Of a stretch of DNA of 64,000 nt, positions 63,994 through 64,000 are shown piece after piece (within the stretch, counting starts at the first letter, position 1; each line of letters opens with the position of its first letter). The DNA lies in contig DASUQI010000037.1 of NCBI GenBank assembly GCA_036280655.1, positions 8,735 through 72,734 of the forward strand, in the 5' to 3' direction. The position numbers and the translations under genes are program-made. The DNA is from Actinomycetota bacterium (GTDB lineage: Bacteria; Actinomycetota; UBA4738; HRBIN12). The notes under the pieces are model-generated. The model worked only from the letters and a program-made list of their open reading frames with translations, searched no databases and was not told the DNA's origin.

Positions 63994-64000
63994 CGGCTGG

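Overview
High-GC (about 70-73%) actinobacterial chromosome segment. Roughly the first 45 kb is a conserved housekeeping backbone, almost all on the minus strand and with many 4-nt start/stop overlaps. In gene order it reads: PilB-like ATPase, roadblock protein, aroE, mltG, ruvX, alaS, rarA, aspS, hisS, dtd, rel, apt, secF, secD, yajC, ruvBAC, then yebC, pdxT, pdxS, then htpX, lemA, a pimA/patA/pgsA1-like phosphatidylinositol-mannoside locus, a HIT gene, thrS, and a MacB-type ABC pair. The order matches the mycobacterial aroE...thrS region from memory. Several accessory blocks interrupt this backbone. (1) A 4.7 kb insert between yebC and ruvC holds an ECF sigma factor, an anti-sigma-like beta-propeller membrane protein, a beta-propeller lipoprotein, a TfoX_N protein and a WS/DGAT acyltransferase. 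(2) A plus-strand EF-G paralogue plus an alpha/beta hydrolase sit inside the PI-mannoside locus. (3) A partner-switching pair (MASE1-PAS-PP2C-HATPase fusion plus STAS) lies next to a decayed two-component locus: GAF histidine kinase with a frameshift, a middle gene with an in-frame TAG, and a NarL-type regulator with two compensating frameshifts. (4) The most striking feature is a roughly 6.8 kb lower-GC island integrated at the 3' end of tRNA-Val(GAC). It is bounded by a 45-bp direct repeat of the tRNA 3' half and has no integrase. It carries an RsbV/RsbW-like module interleaved with two paralogous small CxCG-motif proteins, zinc-ribbon small proteins, a P-loop NTPase, and five dispersed copies of a 60-85 bp repeat. 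Three tRNAs were found: Val-CAC, Val-GAC and Cys-GCA. No CRISPR array or rRNA. Coordinates derived by hand may be off by 1-3 nt. Many long ORFs in the six-frame track are antisense or off-frame artefacts of the high GC content and are ignored.
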